Of a DNA stretch of 64,000 bases, positions 29,111 through 40,233 are shown piece by piece. Source of the stretch: Euryarchaeota archaeon UBA53 (GTDB lineage Archaea > Thermoplasmatota > Poseidoniia > Poseidoniales > Poseidoniaceae); the NCBI GenBank assembly GCA_002507425.1, contig DAZU01000067.1:2502-66501 (forward strand), read 5' to 3'. Position 1 is the first letter of the stretch, and every line of letters begins with the position of its first letter. The notes below the pieces were generated by a model. That model saw only the letters and a list, made by a program, of their open reading frames with translations, was not told the origin of the DNA and did no database searches. The position numbers and the translations under genes were made by a program.

Positions 29111-29419
29111 ATGAAGAAAAAAAGTATGAAATTGAGCCTGAGACTATTGCTTGTTCTCATGAGCATCACAATGATTGCACAAAGCGTTCTTGCGGTTAAC
29201 ACCACTGACGCTGGCGAGTACGATGATTGGGGTAAGTATATGGGCGCAGGAATTGCATTGGGTCTAGCAGCAATTGGTGCTGGAGTTTCGCAAGCTAGTA
29301 TTGGTAGCGCCGCTGTCGGTATGCTTGCTGAAGACGGATCCAAGTTCGGACCTGCTCTGATTTTCACAGCTTTGCCAGAATCTATCGTTATTCTAGGTGC
29401 CCTACCACTGTTCCTATGA
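29111..29419 (+). CDS. atpK: A-type ATP synthase subunit K (c, proteolipid)
   Basis: GLAAIGAG...GSAAVG..AE and ALPES with the ion-binding Glu; GGAGGT RBS before ATG 29111. The ORF-track start at 28832 is a spurious extension. Confidence 0.94.
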   Translation: MKKKSMKLSLRLLLVLMSITMIAQSVLAVNTTDAGEYDDWGKYMGAGIALGLAAIGAGVSQASIGSAAVGMLAEDGSKFGPALIFTALPESIVILGALPLFL

Positions 29420-29427
29420 GCAGTTAA

Positions 29428-29461
29428 GGCTGCCCCCGAGATGAAATCTCGGTGTGGAGCC
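29428..29461 (+). promoter_or_regulatory. Intergenic stem-loop between atpK and atpE
   Basis: Perfect core CCGAGAT-GAA-ATCTCGG (29436-29452), extendable imperfectly to GGCT/AGCC; ends right before the GGAGGTGA RBS of atpE. Confidence 0.6.
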
Positions 29462-29473
29462 GGAGGTGAATAA

Positions 29474-30037
29474 ATGACGCTAGAACAACTCGCAAAGGAT
29501 ATTTCCGCCTCAGCAGAAGCGGAAGCTAAGGCTACCATAAAGGCAGCCAAAGATGAAGCGAAAGCCATTGTTGATGAGGCAAAAAGTCGTGCAGCATCCA
29601 TTGAAGGAGAAGCCTCGACAAAAGCGAGCAAGGAAGCAGATCAAATCGCAAGAGAAATGGTCGCATCCGCTCGTCAAGCCAATCAAAAAGAAATCCTTGT
29701 CGCTCGCCGTGCTGAACTAGACGCAACTCTAGAAAGCGCAAGAGCTCAGTTAGGAGACGCAAGCCTTGCTGGCCGTGCTAGCCTATTGAAGAGCCTTGTT
29801 AAGAAAGCAGGAGCGCTTAGCAAAGCGAAAATGGTAATGCGACCTACTAAAATCGACAGGTCTGCCCTAGCAGACTCCGCAAAGAGTTACACGATGGGGG
29901 ACGATGTTGATGGATTGGGAGGCTTCATCCTAGAAGCCGAAGATGGAACACTCTCGTTTGACTTAAGATTCGACACACTGTTGGAAGAAGCATGGGTAGA
30001 GCAGAGAGCAGCGGTTAATGAGGCACTATTTGGATGA
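29474..30037 (+). CDS. atpE: A-type ATP synthase subunit E
   Basis: N-terminal coiled coil, LGGFILE..DG..SFD..FDTLL; operon position. Confidence 0.92.
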   Translation: MTLEQLAKDISASAEAEAKATIKAAKDEAKAIVDEAKSRAASIEGEASTKASKEADQIAREMVASARQANQKEILVARRAELDATLESARAQLGDASLAGRASLLKSLVKKAGALSKAKMVMRPTKIDRSALADSAKSYTMGDDVDGLGGFILEAEDGTLSFDLRFDTLLEEAWVEQRAAVNEALFG

Positions 30038-30054
30038 GATAAGGAGTCGATTAA

Positions 30055-31095
30055 ATGGCAATCTTCGGAAATAACACTGCATATGTAGCCGCACGTGCTA
30101 AGTCACGTAGGTCCAGTTTAATGGATAGGACAAGGTTACGTCAGTTGATCCAACAATCTCCAGACCAACTAACAGTCGCAGTCGCAGACAATGGTTACAG
30201 AGCTGAAATTGACTTGTATGCAGGCCATTTCACTGGTGGAGATTTAGTAGAGGCAGCATTGACACACAATCTGCAAGAAGAATTGTCCAACATTCTAAAT
30301 TTATGTAATGGTAAAGTTAGAGGAATTGTAGAAATCTACACTAACAGATTCCAATATCAGAATGCAAAAGTGGTAATGCGTGCTGTTGACAACGAAGTAG
30401 ATGTCAAGAAAGTCTCGCACTCCATTCTGCCTGAGGAGAGTGAAATCAACACTCCTTGGTTAAAGATTATAGAAGAATCGAACACAATACGCGAAGCAGT
30501 GGAGCAAATGCGTAGGCTTCCGTTTGGGAAGGCTATGCTAGCAGTAGGAGAAGAAGAAGGATTGCAGAAATACGAAGATGCTCTTGATAGGCACTACTTC
30601 AAGCGGTCTCTAAGTATGCTAAAAGGGAGTTCTCCAGAAATACGCATTCTGAAAAACCACCTCTGCGCTGAAATCGATCATCGCAACATTATCAACATAC
30701 TCGAGGGACAAGCCTTTGGCCTGTCCAGCGAGGAAATCACAGATGCGCTCATTCCAGGTGGGCGTCTAATATCAGAAAGGAGTTTTTCCCAAGCTAGTAA
30801 TAGCAGGGATGGTTTGTTAGATGTGCTTAGGTTATCTAGTAAATTTGACTCTGAAGGTTTCCAAAACCTACTGATTGAATCTGATGAAAAAAGAACATTA
30901 GATCCAGCCATTACTTGGTTAAAAACCCGAGAAACAACTCAAATGCAGCGGATGAGTTACCTCCATCCAATTTCAGCCTTGCCGATTATACATTATGTGT
31001 CATCAAAAGTTCAAGAGGTTGAAGATTTACGCTTCATTGTAAGAGGAAAAATGGCAGGATTAACAACCGATGTGCTGGAGGCACACGTATTATAG
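30055..31095 (+). CDS. atpC: A-type ATP synthase subunit C
   Basis: AYVAARAK.R...L, EIDHRNI, EVEDLRFIVRGK. Confidence 0.92.
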   Translation: MAIFGNNTAYVAARAKSRRSSLMDRTRLRQLIQQSPDQLTVAVADNGYRAEIDLYAGHFTGGDLVEAALTHNLQEELSNILNLCNGKVRGIVEIYTNRFQYQNAKVVMRAVDNEVDVKKVSHSILPEESEINTPWLKIIEESNTIREAVEQMRRLPFGKAMLAVGEEEGLQKYEDALDRHYFKRSLSMLKGSSPEIRILKNHLCAEIDHRNIINILEGQAFGLSSEEITDALIPGGRLISERSFSQASNSRDGLLDVLRLSSKFDSEGFQNLLIESDEKRTLDPAITWLKTRETTQMQRMSYLHPISALPIIHYVSSKVQEVEDLRFIVRGKMAGLTTDVLEAHVL

Positions 31096-31104
31096 GGTGA
31101 TATT

Positions 31105-31404
31105 ATGGAAATTGCAGTTGTAGGCAGTCCGGAATTCACTCTAGGATTCCAGTTGGCAGGAATCAGCACTCTATACAACCCTGAAGGAGAGGAAGACACC
31201 TCCAAGGTATTCAGGGATTTACTTACAACAAAGGGCGTGGGTATTGTGGTCGTCGACTCCGCAATGCTGGCTTCCTTACCTGAGCGTCTCAAAGAGAGAT
31301 TATCAGAAAGTGTTACCCCGACAGTCCTAGGTATTGGTACTGAAGAGGACACAACCCTTCGCGAAACAATTCGCAAGGCAATAGGAGTTGATTTGTGGAA
31401 GTGA
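31105..31404 (+). CDS. atpF: A-type ATP synthase subunit F
   Basis: [32 protein letters not shown]. Confidence 0.95.
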   Translation: MEIAVVGSPEFTLGFQLAGISTLYNPEGEEDTSKVFRDLLTTKGVGIVVVDSAMLASLPERLKERLSESVTPTVLGIGTEEDTTLRETIRKAIGVDLWK

Positions 31405-31433
31405 TTCCAACCAAACCCAAGGAGGAAGAGGAA

Positions 31434-33173
31434 ATGAGCAATGAAGGAGTAATTTACCGAATATCAGGGCCTGTTGTAACAGCTACTGGAATGGAAGCGG
31501 GAATGTATGATGTGGTTCGTGTAGGACATGAAGGTCTGATGGGAGAGGTTATCGAACTACACGGCGATAAGGCTGTAATTCAAGTTTACGAAGATACCAG
31601 CGGAATTCGCCCGGGCGAACCAGTTCTAAACACCCGTGAGACCTTATCTGTCGCGCTAGGACCAGGTTTGCTGACCCAAATTTATGACGGTATTCAGCGA
31701 CCATTAGCAACCTTAGAGGAAGTGATGGGTGTATTCATCACAAGAGGTGTTGATGCAGATGGATTTGACATGGAGAAGAAATGGAAATTTGAGGCAACCG
31801 TATCAAAAGGAGACGAAGTGGTCAGCGGACAGGTCATTGGAACGGTCCAGGAAACAGAGACCATTGTCCACAAAATCATGGTTCCACCGGGTAAGAGTGG
31901 AGTTGTAAAATCAATCTCAACTGGAGATTTCAACGTAACAGAGGATGTTTGTGTATTAGAAGACGGGACTACAATGCAGATGATGCAAAAATGGCCGGTA
32001 AGAACACCTCGTCCATACCAGCAGAAATACGCTCCAGATACACCACTAATTACCGGAATGAGAATCCTTGATTTCTTGTTCCCTCTCGCTAAGGGCGGTG
32101 CAGCAGGTATTCCCGGTCCATTCGGTTCCGGGAAAACTGTTACGCAGCAATCCTTAGCAAAGTATTCCGATGCTCAGATTGTTGTCTACATTGGATGTGG
32201 TGAGCGAGGAAACGAAATGACAGAAGTGTTAGACGAATTCCCCCATCTTATTGATCCAAACACAGGAAAGCCCCTGATGAACAGGACAGTTATGATTGCT
32301 AATACATCCAACATGCCGGTAGCAGCTCGTGAAGCATCGGTGTACACTGGAATTACAATTGCAGAATACTTCAGAGACATGGGATATGATGTAGCATTGA
32401 TGGCGGATTCAACCAGTCGATGGGCAGAGGCAATGCGTGAAATTTCTTCACGACTTGAAGAAATGCCTGGTGAGGAAGGTTATCCTGCTTACCTCTCAAG
32501 TAGAATTGCAGAATTCTATGAGCGAGCAGGTCGTGTTCAAACACTGAATGGAGATGACGGATCAGTAACTGTAATCGGTGCTGTGTCTCCTCCCGGCGGT
32601 GACATATCTGAACCGGTTTCCCAAGGAACATTGCGAATTGTAAAGGTATTTTGGGGACTTGATGCAGGTCTAGCAAGACAGAGGCATTTCCCTGCTATCA
32701 ACTGGCTAGGGTCATACAGCCTCTATCCGCCTTCGCTGGATCAGTGGTTCCGCGATCACATCGCACAAGATTATCCTGAAATTAGAACTTCGATTAGTGG
32801 TCTATTACAGGTAGAGGCAGAATTACAAGAGATTGTTCAGTTAGTCGGTTCCGATGCGTTGCCGGTCGACCAGCAACTGACGTTGGAAGTAGCACGTATG
32901 ATTCGTGAGTATTTCCTACAACAAAATGGATTCCACGAAGTGGATGCCTTCTGTTCAGTTGACCTTCACTACAAGATGGCGAAAGCAATCCTAACCTTCC
33001 AAGAATCTGCTAAGAGCGCAATGGCTGCAGGTGCAGAACTTCAGGATGTTGTAAACGTTTCAGCGAGAACGGATTTGATGCGTGGTCGCTTTGAGGCAAC
33101 CTACAAAGATGACATCGATGAGTTGGTTGAAAGAATGAATAAAGAAATCGCTGATGCGGTTGAGGAGAACTAG
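31434..33173 (+). CDS. atpA: A-type ATP synthase subunit A (catalytic)
   Basis: [31 protein letters not shown]; no intein; ATG at 31434. Confidence 0.98.
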   Translation: MSNEGVIYRISGPVVTATGMEAGMYDVVRVGHEGLMGEVIELHGDKAVIQVYEDTSGIRPGEPVLNTRETLSVALGPGLLTQIYDGIQRPLATLEEVMGVFITRGVDADGFDMEKKWKFEATVSKGDEVVSGQVIGTVQETETIVHKIMVPPGKSGVVKSISTGDFNVTEDVCVLEDGTTMQMMQKWPVRTPRPYQQKYAPDTPLITGMRILDFLFPLAKGGAAGIPGPFGSGKTVTQQSLAKYSDAQIVVYIGCGERGNEMTEVLDEFPHLIDPNTGKPLMNRTVMIANTSNMPVAAREASVYTGITIAEYFRDMGYDVALMADSTSRWAEAMREISSRLEEMPGEEGYPAYLSSRIAEFYERAGRVQTLNGDDGSVTVIGAVSPPGGDISEPVSQGTLRIVKVFWGLDAGLARQRHFPAINWLGSYSLYPPSLDQWFRDHIAQDYPEIRTSISGLLQVEAELQEIVQLVGSDALPVDQQLTLEVARMIREYFLQQNGFHEVDAFCSVDLHYKMAKAILTFQESAKSAMAAGAELQDVVNVSARTDLMRGRFEATYKDDIDELVERMNKEIADAVEEN

Positions 33174-33184
33174 GAGGAATAGAA

Positions 33185-34564
33185 ATGTCTGGAAAGGAAT
33201 ATCGAACTATTACTGATGTAAAGGGACCTCTGGTCTTTTTGAACAAAACCGAGCCTGTAGCTTTTGGAGAAATTGTGCAATTAAGATTGAATGATGGTTC
33301 AGTAAAGAATGGACAGGTTCTTGATACCTCTGATGAGCTCGTAGTTGTGCAGGTTTTCGAAGGAACAGCAGGAGTTGACCTAAACACCGGTGTCAAATTC
33401 ATGGGAGACGTTTTCAAATTACCAGTATCTGATGACTTAATTGGAAGAATTTTGGATGGCGCTGGACGTCCACGTGATGGTGGTCCAGATATCGTTGCTG
33501 AAGAAAATGCAGATATTATCGGTGCAGCTATCAACCCGTATTCAAGACAAAGTCCACACGACTTTATTCAAACAGGAATCAGTGCAATCGACTGTTGTAC
33601 GACCTTGGTTAGAGGACAAAAGTTGCCTATTTTTAGTGCATCTGGTCTTCCACACAACGATATCGCACTTCAAATTGCTAGACAGGCAAGACTAAAGGAC
33701 TCTGAAGAGGAATTTATTGTTGTTTTCTGCGCAATGGGTATTACTGCTGAAGAATTTAATTTCTTCAGAAGTGATCTTGAGAGAACAGGCGCTCTTGAAA
33801 ACGCTGTTTTGTTCGTAAACCTTGCTGATGACCCTGCTGTAGAGCGAATTATTACCCCAAGGCTTGCACTAACAGCGGCTGAGTATCTAGCGTTTGAGAA
33901 AGATTACCACGTTCTTGTTATCTACACAGACATGACAAACTATTGTGATGCGCTGCGTCAGATTGGAGCAGCAAGAGAAGAGGTTCCGGGTCGTCGTGGT
34001 TATCCAGGATACATGTATACCGATTTGGCTATGCTATACGAAAGAGCAGGAATTGTGAAAGGGAAGAAGGGAAGTATTACTCAATTCCCTATCTTAACAA
34101 TGCCTGGTGATGATATTACGCATCCAATTCCTGACCTTTCAGGTTATATTACTGAGGGGCAAATTGTTATTTCAAGAGAGTTGCATCAAGCTGGTATTTA
34201 TCCTCCGATTAACGTATTACCATCTCTTTCGCGTCTAATGGGTTCATGTATTGGATCAGATACTACCAGAGAAGATCACAAGTCAGTATCAGATCAGATG
34301 TATGCAGCATATGCTCAAGGAAGAGAATTGAGAGGTCTGGTAGCTATTGTTGGTGAAGATGCTCTCAACGAGCGTGATAAGCAATTACTCGATTTCTCTG
34401 GTGTCTTCGAGGATAAATTCCTTAGACAATCACGAGACGAAGACCGCTCTATAGATGAAACGCTTGATTTGTGCTGGACTTTAATGTCTGAAATTGATAC
34501 AAAATATCTAGTTCGTTTGGACCAAAAATGGATCGAGAAATACCATCCAGATAACCGTAATTAG
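33185..34564 (+). CDS. atpB: A-type ATP synthase subunit B
   Basis: [46 protein letters not shown]. Confidence 0.98.
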   Translation: MSGKEYRTITDVKGPLVFLNKTEPVAFGEIVQLRLNDGSVKNGQVLDTSDELVVVQVFEGTAGVDLNTGVKFMGDVFKLPVSDDLIGRILDGAGRPRDGGPDIVAEENADIIGAAINPYSRQSPHDFIQTGISAIDCCTTLVRGQKLPIFSASGLPHNDIALQIARQARLKDSEEEFIVVFCAMGITAEEFNFFRSDLERTGALENAVLFVNLADDPAVERIITPRLALTAAEYLAFEKDYHVLVIYTDMTNYCDALRQIGAAREEVPGRRGYPGYMYTDLAMLYERAGIVKGKKGSITQFPILTMPGDDITHPIPDLSGYITEGQIVISRELHQAGIYPPINVLPSLSRLMGSCIGSDTTREDHKSVSDQMYAAYAQGRELRGLVAIVGEDALNERDKQLLDFSGVFEDKFLRQSRDEDRSIDETLDLCWTLMSEIDTKYLVRLDQKWIEKYHPDNRN

Positions 34565-34592
34565 ACACTTTATCGATTAGGGGGGAAACGAA

Positions 34593-35210
34593 ATGGCTCT
34601 GGATATCAAACCAACCCGAAGCGAATTAATCAACCTAAAACGTAGAATAAAGCAGACAAAAAACGGGTACAAACTACTCAAGATGAAGCGCGATGGTCTA
34701 TTCCATGAATTCCGAACCTTGCTTTCTGACATGATCAAAGCAAAGAAAGAGATGACAGAATCCTATGTATTGGCCAAATCGAGAATCGACTTAGCTAACG
34801 CTATTGAAGGTGGATTGAAAGTTAGGTCGGCAGCTATTGCTAATTCATCATCTCCTGAAGTCGAGGTAGAAAGAAGAAACATAATGGGTGTTGTTGTCCC
34901 TTCTGTTTCAGGTACTAATCTCAAGCAAGAATTTGGTGATAGGGCTATTGGATTCACCGGGTCCTCTCCGTATATCGACGAAGCCGCAGATTCCTTCGGT
35001 AGTCTGATTGAGCGAATGGTTAAGGCGGCTGAGATGGAAGCTACCCTTAAGCGATTATTATCGGAAATAGAGGCTACTAAAAGAAGAGTAAATGCTCTTG
35101 AATTCAAAGTCATACCGGAACTGGAAGAAGCGAGGGTGTTCATCCAATTGAGACTAGAAGAGATGGAAAGGGAAGAAACATTCCGTCTTAAGCGGTTCAA
35201 GAATAAGTAA
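34593..35210 (+). CDS. atpD: A-type ATP synthase subunit D
   Basis: PTRSEL..LK, GYKLLKMKRDGL, TKRRVNALE, LEEMEREE.FRLK. Confidence 0.97.
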   Translation: MALDIKPTRSELINLKRRIKQTKNGYKLLKMKRDGLFHEFRTLLSDMIKAKKEMTESYVLAKSRIDLANAIEGGLKVRSAAIANSSSPEVEVERRNIMGVVVPSVSGTNLKQEFGDRAIGFTGSSPYIDEAADSFGSLIERMVKAAEMEATLKRLLSEIEATKRRVNALEFKVIPELEEARVFIQLRLEEMEREETFRLKRFKNK

Positions 35211-35272
35211 CACGCGACCAATTCATTCATTGAGGTTGGTCACACCCGAAAAAACACCGAGAGGGTTACTAA

Positions 35273-37675
35273 ATGCCAGACGAAGATGTCATTCCAGTCC
35301 ACAAAGCAGCGTGGACAAAACGAGAAACGCTTCAACGCATTTTATCTCGTTATTGCCACGTATTGGAGGATGTTGGTGGCAGGAGCCCAACATATCTCGT
35401 ATCTGAGAAGGAAAATGAAGATATGCATGAGGTCCTTATCGATATCAATTCACATCTTAGTAAATTAGGATATAATGCACGACTTTATCCTGATGATCCA
35501 TGGATTTTACAATTGATAAGTGATCCAAAAATGCAGTGGCCATCGCCAAGATTTGTGGTGGCAATGTGGGCTTTTTCTCTCTTAACTACTGTATTTGCTG
35601 GAGAAAAATGGATGTCTTCAGCTCGTCCGGAAGGTGGCTGGTTTGTCAAAAATGCCACATTCGACGCTTTCGTTGGTTATACTGTTCCAATATTTTCTTG
35701 TCTCATAATTGCATCATTAGTTCAAAAGTTTGTTGCAAAAAAGAGAGGTGTTCACTTACCCCATTTATTTCCAATACCTGGTCCAGCACTGGTTTGGTGG
35801 CCCTTCGGAATGGTTGGATTTGCCTCCTTGCCAAGAAGTGATGCTAGACTATGGCCAGACAGGTCAGCATTAGGAAATGCGGCCATATCAGCCCCACTAG
35901 TCCTGATTATAGCGGGTATATTCCTGAGTTTGTGTGGAATATACCTGACACCTGACGTAGTTTCGATAACAGCGGCGCCCTTAGCCTTAGAATTACCACT
36001 CATTATCCAACTAATCGGTTTGAGTTTAGAAAATGAGGTTGGGTTGATACTCAAGACAAGTTGGGCACACCCTTTCACTCGAGTTGGAATGACTCTAACA
36101 TTCGTTGGATGGGTATCACTTCTACCAATACCAACATTTCCTGGCGGTAGGGTGTTAATAGCAAGAATGGGCATCCCGGAGGCTAGATCTGGGTCTACTC
36201 AAGTTATGTTACTCTTAGTAATTCTTCTATTCGCATTCTTGTATGGAGCATTCTCGCAATGGAGTATTTGGGTATTAGTTATTGCATTGTGTGGTTCTCT
36301 GTTAATTTCAAGGGGAGGGGATCCCAGACTACCAATAGTTTTAGATGACTTTAAGGGACTACCAGAGAAGGATCACTTCAGACTGGGAGTTATCCTTTTC
36401 GTTGCTTTTCTCGCTGCTTTGCCCGCTCAAATACCGTTCTATGAGGATGATAATTGGAAAGATGAAATTACATACGAAATTGGTGATGAATCGCTGGTTA
36501 TAGAAGAGGGGTGGTTCAACCAAACCGTAAAAGTGAGTAACCCTTCACTTATTGTGCAGGTATGGAAAGTTACTGCCGTTGATTTCAATTCTGATGATTA
36601 TTCACTCGATTATAATAGCATAGAATGTGATAAGGGGAGTCGATTAAATAACTCATGTTCCGGAGAGATAAACCCGAAGGAGACAATAGAACTCGAGTTT
36701 AATTTCCAATGGACCTCTTCTTGGAATCCATCCACCTTTGATTTACTATGGAATGTAGAGATTAATACAGAACAGGAAATCATCAAAAATTCAGTACGCC
36801 CAGATACTGATTTCTATCCATTGGGAAATTGGAAATTCAATGATGATTTGGATGACCCGAAATCTTGCATTGAACTTAATGATGTTCCAGACTCTAAGTT
36901 AAATCTATCAGCAGCTCCTGAGAATACTTATTGGGATGACATTGACGCAAATGGGACCGTTTCTGTTGAAATTAATAATCCTGAAATTTGCCTAAATGCA
37001 CTATCTGGCGACAATATGTATTATCTTTCAGAGTATCAGTTCTCAATAAATAATGAAACCTTCAATACCGGAATAACTCAAAACAGATTTGTTGCAATAC
37101 CTAGTGGAGGTGTCATTTTAGATTCAAATGAGTTAATGTTTAGCAATTCGGTGTTGGCATATAATTACGATAAAGATAATTGTCTTGAGATCATGAATGA
37201 ACCAGATTTTGACTCCCCAGGGACGGAAGAGGGGGAGTCCAAATGGAACATGTCCATAGTCCACAAAGCACGCAACGACCCAAGCGTAACTCAAAACAAA
37301 ACACGCTTACTTGTCCCGTCAGGTTCTACTATCACCGACTGTGAAGAGGTCAATAGGCCAAAATTATACTTAGTAAAAGAAGGACCAAGTTTGATATTAA
37401 ACTCCTCAGGACACAGAACACAACACTGGATTGGCACAGTCGAAATACAAAACGGAACCCTGATATTCGAAAACCCTAGTGACTCAGACGTTGAATTAAA
37501 CATCGAATTCGATGGAAATGGTAAACAATGGAATGTTTCCAATGATATTACAATAACCGGGGGACAAGTAACAGAAATCCCAGTTGCACCTCCTGAAACT
37601 GGGATATCGTTTTCATGGCTCGAATTAGATGATGAAGGCAAAGTAATTTTGCACTTAGTTAATCATGAGGTCTGA
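35273..37675 (+). CDS. Site-2 protease (M50)-like membrane protein lacking catalytic residues, with a large C-terminal extracellular domain
   Basis: M50-like layout (LLTTVFAG, VAKKRG, AISAPL, HPF, SLLPIPTFPGGR) but no HExxH and no LDG. Confidence 0.7.
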   Translation: MPDEDVIPVHKAAWTKRETLQRILSRYCHVLEDVGGRSPTYLVSEKENEDMHEVLIDINSHLSKLGYNARLYPDDPWILQLISDPKMQWPSPRFVVAMWAFSLLTTVFAGEKWMSSARPEGGWFVKNATFDAFVGYTVPIFSCLIIASLVQKFVAKKRGVHLPHLFPIPGPALVWWPFGMVGFASLPRSDARLWPDRSALGNAAISAPLVLIIAGIFLSLCGIYLTPDVVSITAAPLALELPLIIQLIGLSLENEVGLILKTSWAHPFTRVGMTLTFVGWVSLLPIPTFPGGRVLIARMGIPEARSGSTQVMLLLVILLFAFLYGAFSQWSIWVLVIALCGSLLISRGGDPRLPIVLDDFKGLPEKDHFRLGVILFVAFLAALPAQIPFYEDDNWKDEITYEIGDESLVIEEGWFNQTVKVSNPSLIVQVWKVTAVDFNSDDYSLDYNSIECDKGSRLNNSCSGEINPKETIELEFNFQWTSSWNPSTFDLLWNVEINTEQEIIKNSVRPDTDFYPLGNWKFNDDLDDPKSCIELNDVPDSKLNLSAAPENTYWDDIDANGTVSVEINNPEICLNALSGDNMYYLSEYQFSINNETFNTGITQNRFVAIPSGGVILDSNELMFSNSVLAYNYDKDNCLEIMNEPDFDSPGTEEGESKWNMSIVHKARNDPSVTQNKTRLLVPSGSTITDCEEVNRPKLYLVKEGPSLILNSSGHRTQHWIGTVEIQNGTLIFENPSDSDVELNIEFDGNGKQWNVSNDITITGGQVTEIPVAPPETGISFSWLELDDEGKVILHLVNHEV

Positions 37676-37677
37676 AC

Positions 37678-38568
37678 ATGCGAATTGCGGTGCTTGGTGC
37701 TGGGGCGATAGGATGTTTAGTCGCAGCCAAATTAATTGACTCAGGTCATGAAGTTCACGTCCACGCAAGAGGAGATCACGGTGCTTTTCTGACAGTTCAT
37801 GGTCTTACGGTTACGGGTGTCTGGAATAAAAAAATCCTGCCTGAGGAGTGGACAGTAAGCTTGGATGAGGTAGGGATACATGATTCTCTAGAAAAATGCG
37901 CTGATTTAGTTATAATAACAAGCAAATCAAAGGATACGGAAAACTTAGCAAAAATTGCTACTAAACTTAGCAACGGCCCAGTTCTGTCATTACAAAATGG
38001 GCTTGGAAACCGTGAAATTATTCAAAAGCATAAACATGAAAATTACGCAGTTGGAGTAACAACAAATGCCGTAAAAAGAATCTCGCCTGGGACAATCGAA
38101 TGGGTTGGCAAAGGTGGTTTGGTCATTGGGGGTCCGAAGGCTTCAGAATTTTTGAATCCACTAAAAACATTAAATGCGTCATTTAATGAAAACGTCTCGA
38201 CAATCTTATGGAATAAATTATTGATAAACATCGCTATAAATCCAATCGCTGCAATTTGTGGGGTTAAGAATGGAATGCTGTTAAAAGAACCCCTCCTATC
38301 CCAAGCGGAATCAACAATGCTAGAAGGTGCTAGGGTAGCAAGATTGTTGGGAATTGATATTCCAAGTGATATTGAGTTAGTTGAAAATCTACAATTAGTA
38401 TTGAAAAATACATCAGAAAATACCTGCTCTATGTTGGTTGATGTAAAGGAAGGTAGAGAGACAGAGATCGATGCTCTTTGTGGTCAGGTTGTAGAGAGAG
38501 CAGAGCAGCTAGGTGTAGAGTCTCCCCTAAATTCTATGCTATTAGCACAAATAAAATCACTCAGATAA
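37678..38568 (+). CDS. panE: 2-dehydropantoate (ketopantoate) reductase
   Basis: GAGAIG, SLQNG, WNKLLINIAINP, SMLVD..EGRETEID. Confidence 0.93.
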   Translation: MRIAVLGAGAIGCLVAAKLIDSGHEVHVHARGDHGAFLTVHGLTVTGVWNKKILPEEWTVSLDEVGIHDSLEKCADLVIITSKSKDTENLAKIATKLSNGPVLSLQNGLGNREIIQKHKHENYAVGVTTNAVKRISPGTIEWVGKGGLVIGGPKASEFLNPLKTLNASFNENVSTILWNKLLINIAINPIAAICGVKNGMLLKEPLLSQAESTMLEGARVARLLGIDIPSDIELVENLQLVLKNTSENTCSMLVDVKEGRETEIDALCGQVVERAEQLGVESPLNSMLLAQIKSLR

Positions 38569-40141
38569 GATCCTTGTTGTAGTGTAGTCCACGGTTCTCA
38601 TTTCTCGACATTGCATCAATGGTTATCTGTTTTGCAACTTCTACTAAATTTCTCAACTCTATCAATTCTCTTGTCGGGATGCTTCTTCTCCAGATTAACT
38701 CGACCTCAGTTTCTAATAACTCTAGCATTCTTTTTGCCCTGTCTAATCTTTCAAAGGTCCTAACAATCCCAACATCATCTGTCATAGTTTTTCTGAGTGT
38801 TTCAATGTCTCTTACCAATGGTGCATGTTCATTGAGTGGCTCGGTCCCGTCAGCTCTCCACTTTGGAACATGATAATCCGAATCCGGAGGATTGCTAATG
38901 AAATGCTTCGATGCACGGTCTGCAAAAACAATAGCCTCTAGTAAACTGTTTGATGCTAATCTGTTTGCACCATGCATTCCGGTACACGCTACTTCACCTA
39001 TTCCATATAAACCGGGCATTGGATTCCCATTTTCCAAAAGCACTCTCCCATCAATATCAACAAATAAGCCTCCGACCATGTAATGTGCAGCAGGCGCAAC
39101 TGGTATTGGATCTTGCCCAAGAGTTAGATTATATTCATTTAATCTAGATTCGATAGTAGGGAAGTGATCTTGCAACTTTTCTCTATCGAGATGGTCGGTA
39201 ACCAGCCATACATTGTCAGCCCCACTTATCTTCATTTTTTGGTCACAAGCACGAGCAACAATATCTCTAGTCGCTAGGCTCCCCATTTCAGAAAATTCTA
39301 GTGTAAAAGAGTATTTGTCCGGTTTTTTGTTATTTGTTCTATAGTAAAATAGCCCTTCATCATCTAATAGAACTCCCCCTTCTCCCCTCAATGCTTCTGT
39401 TATCAGAAAGGGCGTCGTATTTCCAGCCATTAAAGCGGTAGGGTGGAATTGGAAGAATGCCATGTTTTTACTTGATGCTCCGGCTCTAATAGCCATTGCA
39501 AGGCCATCGCCTGTTGAGACGGGAGGGTTCGTAGTTCGCTCCCACAACTGACCACAACCTCCGGTAGCGATTAGGACTCCATCTGCAGGTAATGCTATCA
39601 TGTCTCCAGAATCAAGGCAAAGGCACCAAATCCCTTTGATGCCTTTTTCTGGAGAACCATGCTCTTTTTGAATTAAATCCACTCCTAGTGTATGTGATTT
39701 CATCGATATATTCTCACTAGTTGATACTGCTTCGTTTAGAGCTCTCTCAATTTCAGCGCCTGTTGCATCTTTAGCATGTAATATTCGTCTAGCAGAATGT
39801 CCACCTTCCTTTACAAGATGGAAATCATCACCCTCCTTTTCAAAATCTACACCTATACTGAGTAAATCTCTTATTCTGTCTCCAGCCTCTTCTACAACGC
39901 ATCTGACTATATCTGGATCACAGAGTCCATCTCCGCATTTGAGTGTGTCATCAATGTGTGATTGCATGGCCTCTCCATCGGTTTTATCCAATATACCTGC
40001 AATGCCTCCTTGTGCCCAATTCGTTGAGGAGTCTTCGGGTCTTTGTTTTGTAATTACTACGACCTCATGGCCTGCAGCCTCTAATTTCAACGCAGCGAAA
40101 AGGCCAGCAATTCCGCTACCTACAACGATAACTTTGCCCAT
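38561..40141 (-). CDS. nadB: L-aspartate oxidase
   Basis: GSGIAG, STNWAQGGI, EGGHSARRILH, QFHPT, LITEALRGEG, HGANRLASNSLLE; ATG at 40141. Confidence 0.95.
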   Translation of the reverse strand: MGKVIVVGSGIAGLFAALKLEAAGHEVVVITKQRPEDSSTNWAQGGIAGILDKTDGEAMQSHIDDTLKCGDGLCDPDIVRCVVEEAGDRIRDLLSIGVDFEKEGDDFHLVKEGGHSARRILHAKDATGAEIERALNEAVSTSENISMKSHTLGVDLIQKEHGSPEKGIKGIWCLCLDSGDMIALPADGVLIATGGCGQLWERTTNPPVSTGDGLAMAIRAGASSKNMAFFQFHPTALMAGNTTPFLITEALRGEGGVLLDDEGLFYYRTNNKKPDKYSFTLEFSEMGSLATRDIVARACDQKMKISGADNVWLVTDHLDREKLQDHFPTIESRLNEYNLTLGQDPIPVAPAAHYMVGGLFVDIDGRVLLENGNPMPGLYGIGEVACTGMHGANRLASNSLLEAIVFADRASKHFISNPPDSDYHVPKWRADGTEPLNEHAPLVRDIETLRKTMTDDVGIVRTFERLDRAKRMLELLETEVELIWRRSIPTRELIELRNLVEVAKQITIDAMSRNENRGLHYNKDLI

Positions 40142-40233
40142 GGTTATATCCACCCCACAATGCGCTAGCATTCAAATTTGACTGATATAAAATTGCGATA
40201 GAAACTAAGTGTTCTTTGGCGTCCCGTGTGTAT

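Noticed and set aside
31434-34564. Inteins in atpA/atpB (also checked in cdc6 and smc)
   Set aside because: The proteins have uninterrupted motifs and show no intein-like insertions.
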